DNA from: a virus
Reading direction: 5' to 3' (one strand)
Length of the DNA stretch: 38,016 bases
UHGV virus genome: UHGV-0259383
Shown here: positions 27,306-36,622 of the stretch, piece by piece
Layout of the letters: each line of letters begins with the position of its first letter
Position numbering within the stretch: the stretch's first letter is position 1
The notes under the pieces: model-generated
What the model was told of the DNA's origin: nothing
Seen by the model: only the letters and a program-made list of their open reading frames with translations
Databases searched by the model: none
Position numbers and translations under genes: made by a program

Positions 27306-28849
27306 CGCAGGGCGAAATCGAAAAACTGGCGTTAAAAACCGGGAATCTTTTCTCTGAATTGGAAATCCGGATCATGAGTGATGTTGCCAGGAGAATCCGG
27401 GAAGCAGGTTTTTCAACGGCTTCTGCATACTGGCAGATGAATCGGTTGGAACAGCTTGGAAAAGCTGAAGAAGAGATAAAGGACTGGGCGAAAGAGACCC
27501 TACAGAAGAGCGATGAAGAAATGGAACACATTTTTTCGGATGAGGTTTATAAGCAATATTATCAGCATTCCAGAATCTACCAAACTTTGGGGAAGAAAAG
27601 GCTGCCCTTTGAAGAGAACACACCGCTAATTCAGCTGACTGAGGCGGTTAAATCTCAGATATCTGGAGAGTATAAAAATATCGCTGGCTCCATGGGCTTT
27701 GCCATAAGAGGGCCGGATGGGCGAGTGCAGGCGTCTCCTCTTATGGAGTTTTACCGTTCCACGTTGGATAATGCGGTGTTAGATATTCAGTCAGGTGCGT
27801 TTGATTATGGGACAGTTCTAAGACATACTGTGAGCAATATGACGAATTCCGGATTGCGATGGATTGATTATGATTCTGGTGTTCATAACCGCGTAGATGT
27901 AGCAGCCAGAAGAGCAATACTGACAGGTTTCCGGCAGGTGCAGGGTAAGATCAATGAACAAGTGGCTGCAGATCTCAATACAGACAGCTACGAGGTGTCT
28001 TATCATGTTGGAGCCAGGCCGTCACATCAGCCATGGCAAGGACGTGTGTGGACCATGGAGCAGCTAAGGAGCATTTGTGGGCTTGGTACAGTAACTGGTT
28101 TACATGGAGCAAACTGTTATCATGATTACACCCCATTTATACCTGGGGTCTCAGTACGAACTTATACAGATGATCAGATTCAGGAGATGCTGGAAGAGGA
28201 AAATACTCCTAAGGATTATTATGGAAAACCCTATACCACGTATGAAGCCCTGCAGGAGCAGAGAAAGATGGAGCGCAGCATACGGGCAACACGGCAGCAG
28301 GTGAAGCTATTGCAGGCTGGCGGAGCCAAGGAAAAGGACATTATCCTAAAAAAAGCAAGATACCAGGGGCAGCTGCAGAAGTATGCTGACTTCTCTAAAA
28401 AGATGCATCTTCCAGAGCAGAAACAAAGGATCATACAGGACGGGTTACGTGGTCGTTTCACTCCGACAAAAGCGGAACAGAAAAAACTTGAAGAGTTTTT
28501 AATAAATGATAAAATAAAGGCAGAGTTAGCGGAAGCAAAGATTCGCGGTGTTCCTCAAATAGATCCAGAAAAAATTGATCTGTCTGAATTTACATATGAT
28601 CACGAACATATTAACGAGGAACGCTTTCATGGTGTCACGAGAGAAGAGGCAGAACAACTTGTAAAAGAAGCAGATATTTCTCTTACGAGATGGAATGGAC
28701 GTTTTATTAATTATTATGGTCCGAACGGTGCGGTGTATATAGATTTGGAAAACAAAAATATAAGAACTGCATTCAAGAAAGATCAGTTTGATGAGGCAAC
28801 ACTAAAAATAAGGGAGGTGGTAGAAAAGTATGGAACCAAGAAAAATTAA
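27302..28849 (+). CDS. Minor capsid protein (MuF/Phage_min_cap2 type) with C-terminal extension
   Basis: 'H.GARPSH..WQG' and 'GANCYH'. About 120 extra C-terminal residues. Confidence 0.88.
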   Translation: MTQGEIEKLALKTGNLFSELEIRIMSDVARRIREAGFSTASAYWQMNRLEQLGKAEEEIKDWAKETLQKSDEEMEHIFSDEVYKQYYQHSRIYQTLGKKRLPFEENTPLIQLTEAVKSQISGEYKNIAGSMGFAIRGPDGRVQASPLMEFYRSTLDNAVLDIQSGAFDYGTVLRHTVSNMTNSGLRWIDYDSGVHNRVDVAARRAILTGFRQVQGKINEQVAADLNTDSYEVSYHVGARPSHQPWQGRVWTMEQLRSICGLGTVTGLHGANCYHDYTPFIPGVSVRTYTDDQIQEMLEEENTPKDYYGKPYTTYEALQEQRKMERSIRATRQQVKLLQAGGAKEKDIILKKARYQGQLQKYADFSKKMHLPEQKQRIIQDGLRGRFTPTKAEQKKLEEFLINDKIKAELAEAKIRGVPQIDPEKIDLSEFTYDHEHINEERFHGVTREEAEQLVKEADISLTRWNGRFINYYGPNGAVYIDLENKNIRTAFKKDQFDEATLKIREVVEKYGTKKN

Positions 28850-29009
28850 CTGCCCATTACTTGGAAAGGAAATTGAGGACGGAATGTGTTATGATATACA
28901 TATGAATGTGGAGGGACTGGCACCGGACTGGACGATTCCTAAGAAAGTATTAGAGAATCCAGGCTATAAAAAAATTTGCATACAATGTCAACATCATAGA
29001 GATGATTAA
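28830..29009 (+). CDS. Small Cys-rich protein (59 aa, MEPRKINCPLL...CIQCQHH), candidate immunity protein
   Basis: GGAGG RBS. Overlaps the minor capsid stop and is followed by a hairpin at 29011-29046. Confidence 0.7.
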   Translation: MEPRKINCPLLGKEIEDGMCYDIHMNVEGLAPDWTIPKKVLENPGYKKICIQCQHHRDD

Positions 29010-29380
29010 TACCACCGGTTGGTAAAAGAAGACTGGTGGTATTTTTGTACAAATTTTTAGAAAAAGTTGCGATATTACAACTGTAAAGAAGGTGATTTTA
29101 TAAAACGGATATCATGGATATGGAAAAAAATTTTTCAAAAATCAAAATGTTCTCATCATTATCGTAAGCACTGGAACCGTGAAGCTGGTTCGTGTGGCGG
29201 TTATGTGCGACGTTGTACAAAATGTGGTAAAATTTTAGATTAGGAAGTCATTGAATTAGTTATAAACACGCAGGCAAGCCCTGGGTGTTCTTTTTATACC
29301 CAATTTTGGCGTGGCTGCCGTAAAAGCCTACTTTTAAGATGGACGGCTACCCATCGCAAAAAGCCGAGGAAGGAAGCAAC

Positions 29381-29926
29381 ATGGCAATTTTTAAGACAGA
29401 AACCCTGAAAGAGAAAGGGCTGACCCAGGAACAGATTGACTACATTATGGCGGAGACCGGAAGAGAGGTAAATGCTCTTACTGCGGAGAGAGATGGATAT
29501 AAAAACCAGTTGGCAACCGCGCAGGCTTCTCTGAAAGCGATGGAGGGGATCGACGCAACAGGACTTCAGACAAAAATCAACGAACTTTCTGAGCAGATGA
29601 AGGGTAAAGATGCAGAGATCGAGAAGATTAAATCAGACTATGCGTTTGATGCGGCGGTCAAAGAAGCAATCCGGAAGGCGTCTGGAAGGAACGAGAAGGC
29701 GATTATGGCATTAATGGATATGGACACGCTGAAGGCTTCTAAGAACCAGGCACAGGATATTGAAACAGCCTTAACATCTCTCAAAAAAGAGAATGATTAT
29801 CTGTTTGGCAGTTCCACTCCACTTCCGAGAGTGGTCAGCAGCACTTCAGGAATTAACAATGATGCACAGACAAAGAGAGAGCAGGCCAATGAAGCATTGA
29901 GAAACCTGTTCGGAAAAGGAGAGTAA
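29381..29926 (+). CDS. Capsid scaffolding protein (GP20-like)
   Basis: 'L...GLT.EQID.IMA..G', coiled coil and 'YLF'. Precedes the capsid gene. Confidence 0.88.
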   Translation: MAIFKTETLKEKGLTQEQIDYIMAETGREVNALTAERDGYKNQLATAQASLKAMEGIDATGLQTKINELSEQMKGKDAEIEKIKSDYAFDAAVKEAIRKASGRNEKAIMALMDMDTLKASKNQAQDIETALTSLKKENDYLFGSSTPLPRVVSSTSGINNDAQTKREQANEALRNLFGKGE

Positions 29927-29929
29927 AAT

Positions 29930-31126
29930 ATGGCAGTAAATATTACAGACAGATCAGCAGTTGAAGCTTTAATTCGCGAGCAGATTGTATCTACCATCTT
30001 CCAGGATGCACCGAAACAGTCCGCATTTATGGGAATGGCGCGCAAGCTTCCAAACATGACATCTAAGCAGACCCGTATCCGCGTTCTGGATTTTCTTCCG
30101 ACGGCTTATTGGGTGGATGGAGATACTGGAATGAAGCAGACCTCTATGCAGGCGTGGGACAACGTATACCTGACAGCCGCAGAGCTGGCGGTTATCGTAC
30201 CGATCCCGGAGTCCGTATTTGACGATGCCGAGATTGATATTCTGGGAGAGATTACTCCGAGAGTCAATGAGGCAATCGGTCAGAGGGTCGATGCGGCAGT
30301 TATTTTCGGTGACAACAGACCAAGAGAGTGGCAGGCGGACATCATCACCCTGGCACGTCAGGCCGGGAATAATGTTTCTCCGTCTTCTGGCAAGGATTAC
30401 TATGATCTGACTCTTGGAGAGGACGGCGTATTTTCCAAGGTTGAGGATGATGGCTACGCAGTAACCGGAGCGATCGCCCCGATGACGTTTAAATCCAAGC
30501 TGAGAGGATTGCGTGATGCGAACAAACAGCCGATCTTTACACACAGTATGCAGGATTCCAGTAAGTATGCATTAGATGGAGTACCGATTCAGTTCCCGGA
30601 GAACGGTTCCTTCATGCCGGATATCGCGCAGCTGGTTGTTGGCGATTTTTCCAAGGCAGTTTATGCAATCCGTCAGGATATTACTGTAAAACTGCTGACT
30701 GAGGGTGTTATTCAGAATCCGACAACAAAGGATATTGTTTATAATCTGGCACAGCAGGATATGATTGCATTACGTGTAGTTTTCCGTATGGGTTGGGCGC
30801 TTCCGAACCCAGCAACACGTCTCAATGAGGATCGTACCGGTTGTACGTTTGCTTATTTGGAGCCTGGCACTCCCGCAACAACCCAGAAAGTAACTTTTAC
30901 GGTAACGGATGGCAAAGAGTCCAGCCCGACAGCCTATGAGGATGTCCGTATTAACGTAGATGGTGCGATCCTTAAGACGGATTCGGCTGGCAAAGCGGAA
31001 TTTAACCTGAGAAAAGGCACTTACACAGCCAAGATCACTAAGAAAGGCTTTGTTTCAGTAACGGAGACATTCACGGTTGATGCAGCAGCTGTAAACAAAG
31101 CGATCACGCTGGTAGCACAGTCCTAA
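29930..31126 (+). CDS. Major capsid protein with C-terminal beta-sandwich (Ig/PEGA-like) extension
   Basis: HK97-like 'ELAVIVPI' and 'QQDMIALR'. Final ~80 aa 'TDSAGKAEF...GTYTA.ITKKGF'. Confidence 0.9.
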   Translation: MAVNITDRSAVEALIREQIVSTIFQDAPKQSAFMGMARKLPNMTSKQTRIRVLDFLPTAYWVDGDTGMKQTSMQAWDNVYLTAAELAVIVPIPESVFDDAEIDILGEITPRVNEAIGQRVDAAVIFGDNRPREWQADIITLARQAGNNVSPSSGKDYYDLTLGEDGVFSKVEDDGYAVTGAIAPMTFKSKLRGLRDANKQPIFTHSMQDSSKYALDGVPIQFPENGSFMPDIAQLVVGDFSKAVYAIRQDITVKLLTEGVIQNPTTKDIVYNLAQQDMIALRVVFRMGWALPNPATRLNEDRTGCTFAYLEPGTPATTQKVTFTVTDGKESSPTAYEDVRINVDGAILKTDSAGKAEFNLRKGTYTAKITKKGFVSVTETFTVDAAAVNKAITLVAQS

Positions 31127-31141
31127 CAAGGAGCTGATGAA

Positions 31142-31534
31142 ATGGTTTATGTAACACGGGATTATTATATTTCCGGATATCTGCAGGGGCGTTCCCCTGC
31201 GGTGCCGGAGGCAGATTTTACATTCTGGGAAAAGCAGGTAGAGCGAATGGTTGACAGATATACATTCGACCGGATTAAGGCAGATAATAGTCTGGTAACA
31301 GATGATGTGAAAGATTGCATCTGTGAACTAACAGAGCTGTTTTACCAGGCGTATAAGGCTTCACAGAGTGTATCTGATCACGGAGGTCCGTTAAGTTCCT
31401 ATTCCAACGATGGAGAATCCGGCACGATCGATCTGTCACGGTCGATTTATACTGAAGAAGGGAAAAGAAACAAATGCCGTGAAATCATTGGTCGTTATTT
31501 GGGAAATACATCGCTTCTTTACCAGGGGGTGTGA
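31142..31534 (+). CDS. Head-tail connector
   Basis: Position after the capsid gene. 'YL..T.LLY.GV'. Confidence 0.8.
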   Translation: MVYVTRDYYISGYLQGRSPAVPEADFTFWEKQVERMVDRYTFDRIKADNSLVTDDVKDCICELTELFYQAYKASQSVSDHGGPLSSYSNDGESGTIDLSRSIYTEEGKRNKCREIIGRYLGNTSLLYQGV

Positions 31535-31896
31535 GCATGAATCCAAACTATAACCGGACAATCACTGTTTTCAGGAAAGTAGATTCGGAATGGGAAAAAT
31601 TAGTATTTCATAACTGCTTTTGGAAGTCCGGGATCACAGTGGTACAGAATGGCACTGAGGCATCACAGGTCAATACCTATACTGTTCGGATTCCTCTGGA
31701 GGCTGTAGGAAATAATTTTTCAGTGGCGTCAGGTGATGTGGTGGTTCTGGGTGAGTGTGCAGATGAGATCACGGGAAAAAGCCCATGCACGGCATCGGAA
31801 GTTTTACGGAAAAACAAGCCGAATGCATTTTTCGTCAGTGCCTATTCCGATAACACCACATATCAGATGGCCAGACATTACAGGCTGGGAGGATAG
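31531..31896 (+). CDS. Head closure/neck protein
   Basis: Synteny and size. Confidence 0.7.
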   Translation: MSMNPNYNRTITVFRKVDSEWEKLVFHNCFWKSGITVVQNGTEASQVNTYTVRIPLEAVGNNFSVASGDVVVLGECADEITGKSPCTASEVLRKNKPNAFFVSAYSDNTTYQMARHYRLGG

Positions 31897-31898
31897 TC

Positions 31899-32330
31899 GT
31901 GGATATTGAAGTAAAATGGGAAAAATCAGCAGAGCAGATTGTAAAGGAAAGAACCAGGGGAAATGATGGACTGCTATTCCTGGCTAATGAAGCGAAGCGG
32001 CTGATGGATCCATATGTTCCAGCAGACAGTATGGTGTTGGCACAGAATGTCAGAGTCTACGTGGATGGAGATAATGGGGTGGTAGAATATCAATCCCCCT
32101 ACGCCCATTACCAGTATGAAGGTGTGGCGTATGGACCGAACTATCCCATTATGGATGGAGAAACTGTTATGGGGTTCTATTCCCCACCACACAAGTCATA
32201 TACCGGAGAAAAATTGAAATATAGCCATTTTCGGCATCCGCAGGCCACTTCGGAGTGGGACAAAGCGATGGTGATGGCACGAAAGAATGATCTAACGCGG
32301 GCGATGCAGAACTACCTGGGAGGTAAGTGA
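31899..32330 (+). CDS. Neck/minor capsid protein
   Basis: 'MDPYVP', 'PYAHYQY.G'. Confidence 0.75.
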   Translation: MDIEVKWEKSAEQIVKERTRGNDGLLFLANEAKRLMDPYVPADSMVLAQNVRVYVDGDNGVVEYQSPYAHYQYEGVAYGPNYPIMDGETVMGFYSPPHKSYTGEKLKYSHFRHPQATSEWDKAMVMARKNDLTRAMQNYLGGK

Positions 32331-32331
32331 T

Positions 32332-32769
32332 ATGACAAAACACGATGCAGTAACGGCATACTTTCAGCCCAAAGTAGAAGAACTGGCTGGACAATACCTG
32401 GGGTTTAATTTTTCGGATGATTACAGTGGAATTTCGTTGGTAACGAATTACTCTGACAAACTTCTGAAAAAATATCTTTGTGGTGCCGAGAAAGAATATG
32501 GGTTCTCAATTGTGATTGTGCAGCCATATTCCACGGACATGGATGATTTGAACCTCACAGCGATGAACTTTGCTCAGGTGTTTATGGATTGGCTGGAAGA
32601 AGAAAATAAAAAGTGCAACTATCCAGAATTTCCGGACGGTTGCCAGATAAAGAAGATGGAAACGCTTCAGAACATGCCGAATCTGGCAGGAATCAATGCA
32701 AAAGAAGGAATGGCGCGGTACATGGTACAGTGCCGGATTGTTTATTTTGAGAAAGGAGACAGGCGATGA
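32332..32769 (+). CDS. Tail terminator-like protein
   Basis: Synteny, and C-terminal 'ARY.VQCRI.Y'. Confidence 0.7.
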   Translation: MTKHDAVTAYFQPKVEELAGQYLGFNFSDDYSGISLVTNYSDKLLKKYLCGAEKEYGFSIVIVQPYSTDMDDLNLTAMNFAQVFMDWLEEENKKCNYPEFPDGCQIKKMETLQNMPNLAGINAKEGMARYMVQCRIVYFEKGDRR

Positions 32770-33272
32770 AAATCAGTGAGTTAATGGCAGGTGTAACGCC
32801 GAATGTATCTTATGAAGGTTGGGTAACAGCGGATGACTGGGTTCTGGCGATTGATACAAATCCATCAGCATCAGCAGCCACAGACGTGAAGGATTATGAG
32901 GTGGTACAGATGGGAATCGAAGGATTGGATGCAAATCTGAACCCGGTGACATCAGAAAAGACCTATATCCGTGCTGGAAAATCAACACAGAAAACTGGAA
33001 CTGCGAGATCTTTTGCGGTGTCTGGTGATCGCTATATTGGTGATCCGGCCCAGGATTTTATGTTATCACACGAAATGAAATACGCAAAGGGCAATGCAGC
33101 AGTGACTAATTATGTGTATTTCTGCATTTTGAATGGAAAAGGAGAGAAAGGCCAGGTTTCAGTTATTGTGAATTCTGAAGGTGGTGGAAATGCGGGTGAA
33201 TCTTCATCCATTGACATTAATCTTCAGAAGATTGGAGCAGAACCAGAAGAGTATACATATTCTGCGGAATAA
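32766..33272 (+). CDS. Major tail tube protein
   Basis: Synteny. 'GDRY.GD.AQD'. Confidence 0.8.
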   Translation: MKISELMAGVTPNVSYEGWVTADDWVLAIDTNPSASAATDVKDYEVVQMGIEGLDANLNPVTSEKTYIRAGKSTQKTGTARSFAVSGDRYIGDPAQDFMLSHEMKYAKGNAAVTNYVYFCILNGKGEKGQVSVIVNSEGGGNAGESSSIDINLQKIGAEPEEYTYSAE

Positions 33273-33284
33273 GGAGGAAAAGCG

Positions 33285-33590
33285 ATGCAGATCAGAGGAA
33301 GAGAAGTGGATTTTAAGATCGGGCGGTTGAAAGACGCAGAGGCGCTTGAAAAAGCTCTTGACAATATGGGAGTAAATGAAAAGAAGATCAACCGAAAAGG
33401 AAAACTGAGTGAAATTCTGATGGCTGAGATCCAGTTATTCCGCTCTTTCATTGTAGAAGCGACAGGAGAGGATGTTCTGGATGGTTGTGAAGATTTTGAA
33501 GAGGCAAAGGGGGCTTATCTGGATATGATTCAGGAAATTGCAAAGCAGAAGAAAGAACTTCTGGGGTTCTCTCTGGAAGATATTAAGTGA
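33285..33590 (+). CDS. Tail assembly chaperone
   Basis: Between tube and tape measure genes. Confidence 0.7.
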   Translation: MQIRGREVDFKIGRLKDAEALEKALDNMGVNEKKINRKGKLSEILMAEIQLFRSFIVEATGEDVLDGCEDFEEAKGAYLDMIQEIAKQKKELLGFSLEDIK

Positions 33591-34216
33591 TGGAATGGTC
33601 GATTATGTTTGACAGGCTTCCAAAGACTGCCAATATAAACGGAAAAATTCACGAAGTATCCTATGGCTATCGTACTATGATGGCTGCGGAAATAGAGATG
33701 TTCCGGCCGGATATCAGTGATCAACAGAAGATGCTGAATGCATTGAATCTATTTTACGCTCATAATATTCCTCCGGATCTGAATGCAGCAGTCGATTATA
33801 TGCTCTGGTTCCATCGTTGTGGGGAATCAACACCTAAAGGTGACAGAACCAGAAAGGGTGTTACACGGCGGGGATATTGCTTTTTAAAGGATGCCCCACT
33901 GATTTATGCTGCTTTTCGGCAGCAGTACGGCCTTGATCTCAGACAGACCCTAAATGATTCCTTACACTGGTGGGAATTCATGGCCATGTTTGAGGCATTG
34001 GATGAAAATACCAGGATGGCCAAGGTAATGTACTGGAGAACCTGCGATACAAAAGGCATGGGGAAAGAGCAGAAAGCATTCATTAAGCGGATGCGGACGC
34101 TGTATGCGTTGGAAGAACCGGAAACAACCGTGGATCACAGGTTGCGTCTTGTAAAACGCAATACAGAAATGATCTCATATGTGAAAAAGAGGGTGGAAGA
34201 ATGCCAAAAAGGGTGA
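33587..34216 (+). CDS. Gp15-like tail assembly protein
   Basis: 'DA..IYAAF.QQYG.DL....LHWWEF'. Confidence 0.85.
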   Translation: MMEWSIMFDRLPKTANINGKIHEVSYGYRTMMAAEIEMFRPDISDQQKMLNALNLFYAHNIPPDLNAAVDYMLWFHRCGESTPKGDRTRKGVTRRGYCFLKDAPLIYAAFRQQYGLDLRQTLNDSLHWWEFMAMFEALDENTRMAKVMYWRTCDTKGMGKEQKAFIKRMRTLYALEEPETTVDHRLRLVKRNTEMISYVKKRVEECQKG

Positions 34217-34356
34217 CATGTCCTTATTGTGGTTATTCCATGCTCATTTTTTTTGACGAAAAAGCGGAGTGCCGTGGAATAACCGTACCATGTAAGGGAC
34301 GGAATTGCAGAAAAAAATTTGAAATCAAGATAAGAAAAGGAGAACAAATCAAGTAG
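34201..34356 (+). CDS. Small Com-like zinc-finger protein (51 aa, MPKRVTCPYCG...CKGRNCRKKFEI)
   Basis: GAGG RBS. CxxC...CxxxxC motif, basic. Confidence 0.75.
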   Translation: MPKRVTCPYCGYSMLIFFDEKAECRGITVPCKGRNCRKKFEIKIRKGEQIK

Positions 34357-34405
34357 AGCCATGATGAGCCGATGATTTTCTCCCACTGAAAAGTGAGGTG
34401 GAATC

Positions 34406-36622
34406 GTGGGTTATGATGGAACGATAAAAATCGGTACAGAATTAGATGGCAGTGGATTAAAAAAGGACATTGATGATATCAACGGGACGGCGAAATCTGG
34501 ATTTTCAAAATTTAGTGAGATTGGAAAAAATGCACTTTCTGTTTTTGCCGGGAATGTATTAACGGAAGTAGTATCCCAAGCCAAGAATGCAGCTGGAGCA
34601 GTACTTGAAATTGGTACAGCTTTTGAGATGGGAATGTCTACTGTACAAGCAATTTCTGGGGCTACTGGGGATGAGCTGGCGGCATTGACGGATAAAGCCA
34701 AAGAGATGGGGGCTAACACGAAATTCAGCGCTACAGAGGCCGCTGAGGCGATGCAGTACATGGCGATGGCTGGATGGAAAACCGATGATATGCTGAATGG
34801 TATTGAAGGTATCATGAACCTGGCAGCTGCTTCTGGTGAAGATTTGGCTACGACTTCTGACATTGTTACAGATGCTCTTACAGCTTTTGGATTGACTGCG
34901 CAGGATTCCGCTCATTTTGCGGATATTTTGGCGCAGGCGTCCTCGAATGCGAATACAAACGTCAGCATGATGGGAGAGACGTTTAAGTACGTCGCACCAG
35001 TGGCTGGGGCAATGGGATATTCTGCGGAAGATGTCGCTACTGCTGTAGGTTTGATGGCGAACTCCGGAATCAAGGCGAGCCAGGCAGGAACGTCCCTGCG
35101 TACCATGTTATCCAGAATGGCAAAACCGACCAAGGAAGTACAGGCGGCGATGGATGCCTTGGGAATTTCTTTGACAGACAGTGATGGAAATATGAAATCC
35201 TTTCACGAAGTTATGGGAGATCTGCGGGCTGGTTTTGGTGGTTTGTCCGAGGCGGAATCCATCACCATGGCAACGATGCTTGGCGGTCAGGAAGCAATGT
35301 CTGGTTTATTGGCCATTGTGAACGCTTCCGATGCCGACTACCAAAAATTGACAGATTCTATTAGTGCATGTGATGGCGCGGCTGCTTCCATGGCGGATAC
35401 CATGCAGAACAATCTGGAAGGCCAGTTTACCATCCTTGGATCAACGGCTCAGGGACTTGCACTGGAGGTCTATGATTCCATCAAGGAACCTATGACAGAC
35501 ATTACAAAGCTAGGAATTGACGCGGTATCAAATTTGACGGATGGATTTAAAACTGGCGGTGTTATGGGAATGATCGAAGCCGCTGGTCAGATGGCTAATG
35601 CCTTAGCGGAGAATCTGCCGGTAATCATAGAGCAGGGGCTGCCACTGATTGAAGGATTTACGGAGAATCTTCGTGCAAATGCCGGAAAACTGGTAGATGG
35701 CGGTCTAAATCTGATACTGAAGCTGGCACAGGGCCTTATGGATGGTCTGCCGGCAATGCTGCAGCATGTTCCACAGATCATTATCAATCTGGCCGGGGTT
35801 ATTAATGATAATGCCCCCAAACTGTTGAAAGCTGGCGTTAAACTGATCGGAATACTGGGAAAAGGTCTGATTCAGGCAATTCCAGATATTGTTGCGGCTA
35901 TGCCACAGATCATCCAGGCGATTGTAAGTGTGATCCAGGCATTTAACTGGGGAAATCTTGGTATCAATATCATCAAGTCATTGAAGAACGGTATCATATC
36001 GATGGTTGGTGCCGTACAATCTGCTGGTACTGGAATTTTTAACGCCATCAAAGGATCTATTCAAAGCTTACCAAAAGCGTTATTGGTGATCGCTAAGAAT
36101 GCGGTACATAGCATTGTCCAGAGCTTTACGAGCCAGCCCTGGGGAAATATTGGTAAGAACATTATCACCGGAATCGCAACTGGAATCACCGGATCCATCG
36201 GGAAAGTAGCGGACGCGGCAAGAAATGCAGCTAAGAAAGCGTTTGACGCAGCGAAAGATTTCCTAGGTATCCATTCGCCATCCAAGCTAATGCGGGACGT
36301 CATTGGTAAAAATATGATCGCTGGTTTTGAAAGCGGTATTGTGAGCGAAACTCCAAACCTGGAAAAAACCTCAGCGGGATCTGCCCAGAGAGCAGTGGAG
36401 AGTATGCAGGGAGTCGCATTAAAGAGATCTGGAACCGTAGTAGCAGGTAATTCTAAGGTATCTGGTCCAAATCCAGATGGTGGTCAGGGTAGCCCAGTGA
36501 TTGTTTTAGAAAAAGGCAGCATTACTGGAGATGTCACCATGGATGGAGAAAAGGTTGGAACGCTGGTAGCTCCTACCGTAGATGTTGAGATTGAAAAAGC
36601 ACGGAAGGAGAGTGAACGATGA
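34406..36622 (+). CDS. Tape measure protein (TP901-like core)
   Basis: 'TKFSATEAA.AM.YMAMAGW', 'GIKASQAGTSLR' and 'LGIHSPSK'. Confidence 0.95.
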   Translation: MGYDGTIKIGTELDGSGLKKDIDDINGTAKSGFSKFSEIGKNALSVFAGNVLTEVVSQAKNAAGAVLEIGTAFEMGMSTVQAISGATGDELAALTDKAKEMGANTKFSATEAAEAMQYMAMAGWKTDDMLNGIEGIMNLAAASGEDLATTSDIVTDALTAFGLTAQDSAHFADILAQASSNANTNVSMMGETFKYVAPVAGAMGYSAEDVATAVGLMANSGIKASQAGTSLRTMLSRMAKPTKEVQAAMDALGISLTDSDGNMKSFHEVMGDLRAGFGGLSEAESITMATMLGGQEAMSGLLAIVNASDADYQKLTDSISACDGAAASMADTMQNNLEGQFTILGSTAQGLALEVYDSIKEPMTDITKLGIDAVSNLTDGFKTGGVMGMIEAAGQMANALAENLPVIIEQGLPLIEGFTENLRANAGKLVDGGLNLILKLAQGLMDGLPAMLQHVPQIIINLAGVINDNAPKLLKAGVKLIGILGKGLIQAIPDIVAAMPQIIQAIVSVIQAFNWGNLGINIIKSLKNGIISMVGAVQSAGTGIFNAIKGSIQSLPKALLVIAKNAVHSIVQSFTSQPWGNIGKNIITGIATGITGSIGKVADAARNAAKKAFDAAKDFLGIHSPSKLMRDVIGKNMIAGFESGIVSETPNLEKTSAGSAQRAVESMQGVALKRSGTVVAGNSKVSGPNPDGGQGSPVIVLEKGSITGDVTMDGEKVGTLVAPTVDVEIEKARKESER

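Noticed and set aside
33560..33600. Programmed frameshift between tail chaperone genes
   Set aside because: No clear slippery heptamer near the stop. The second gene has its own overlapping start.
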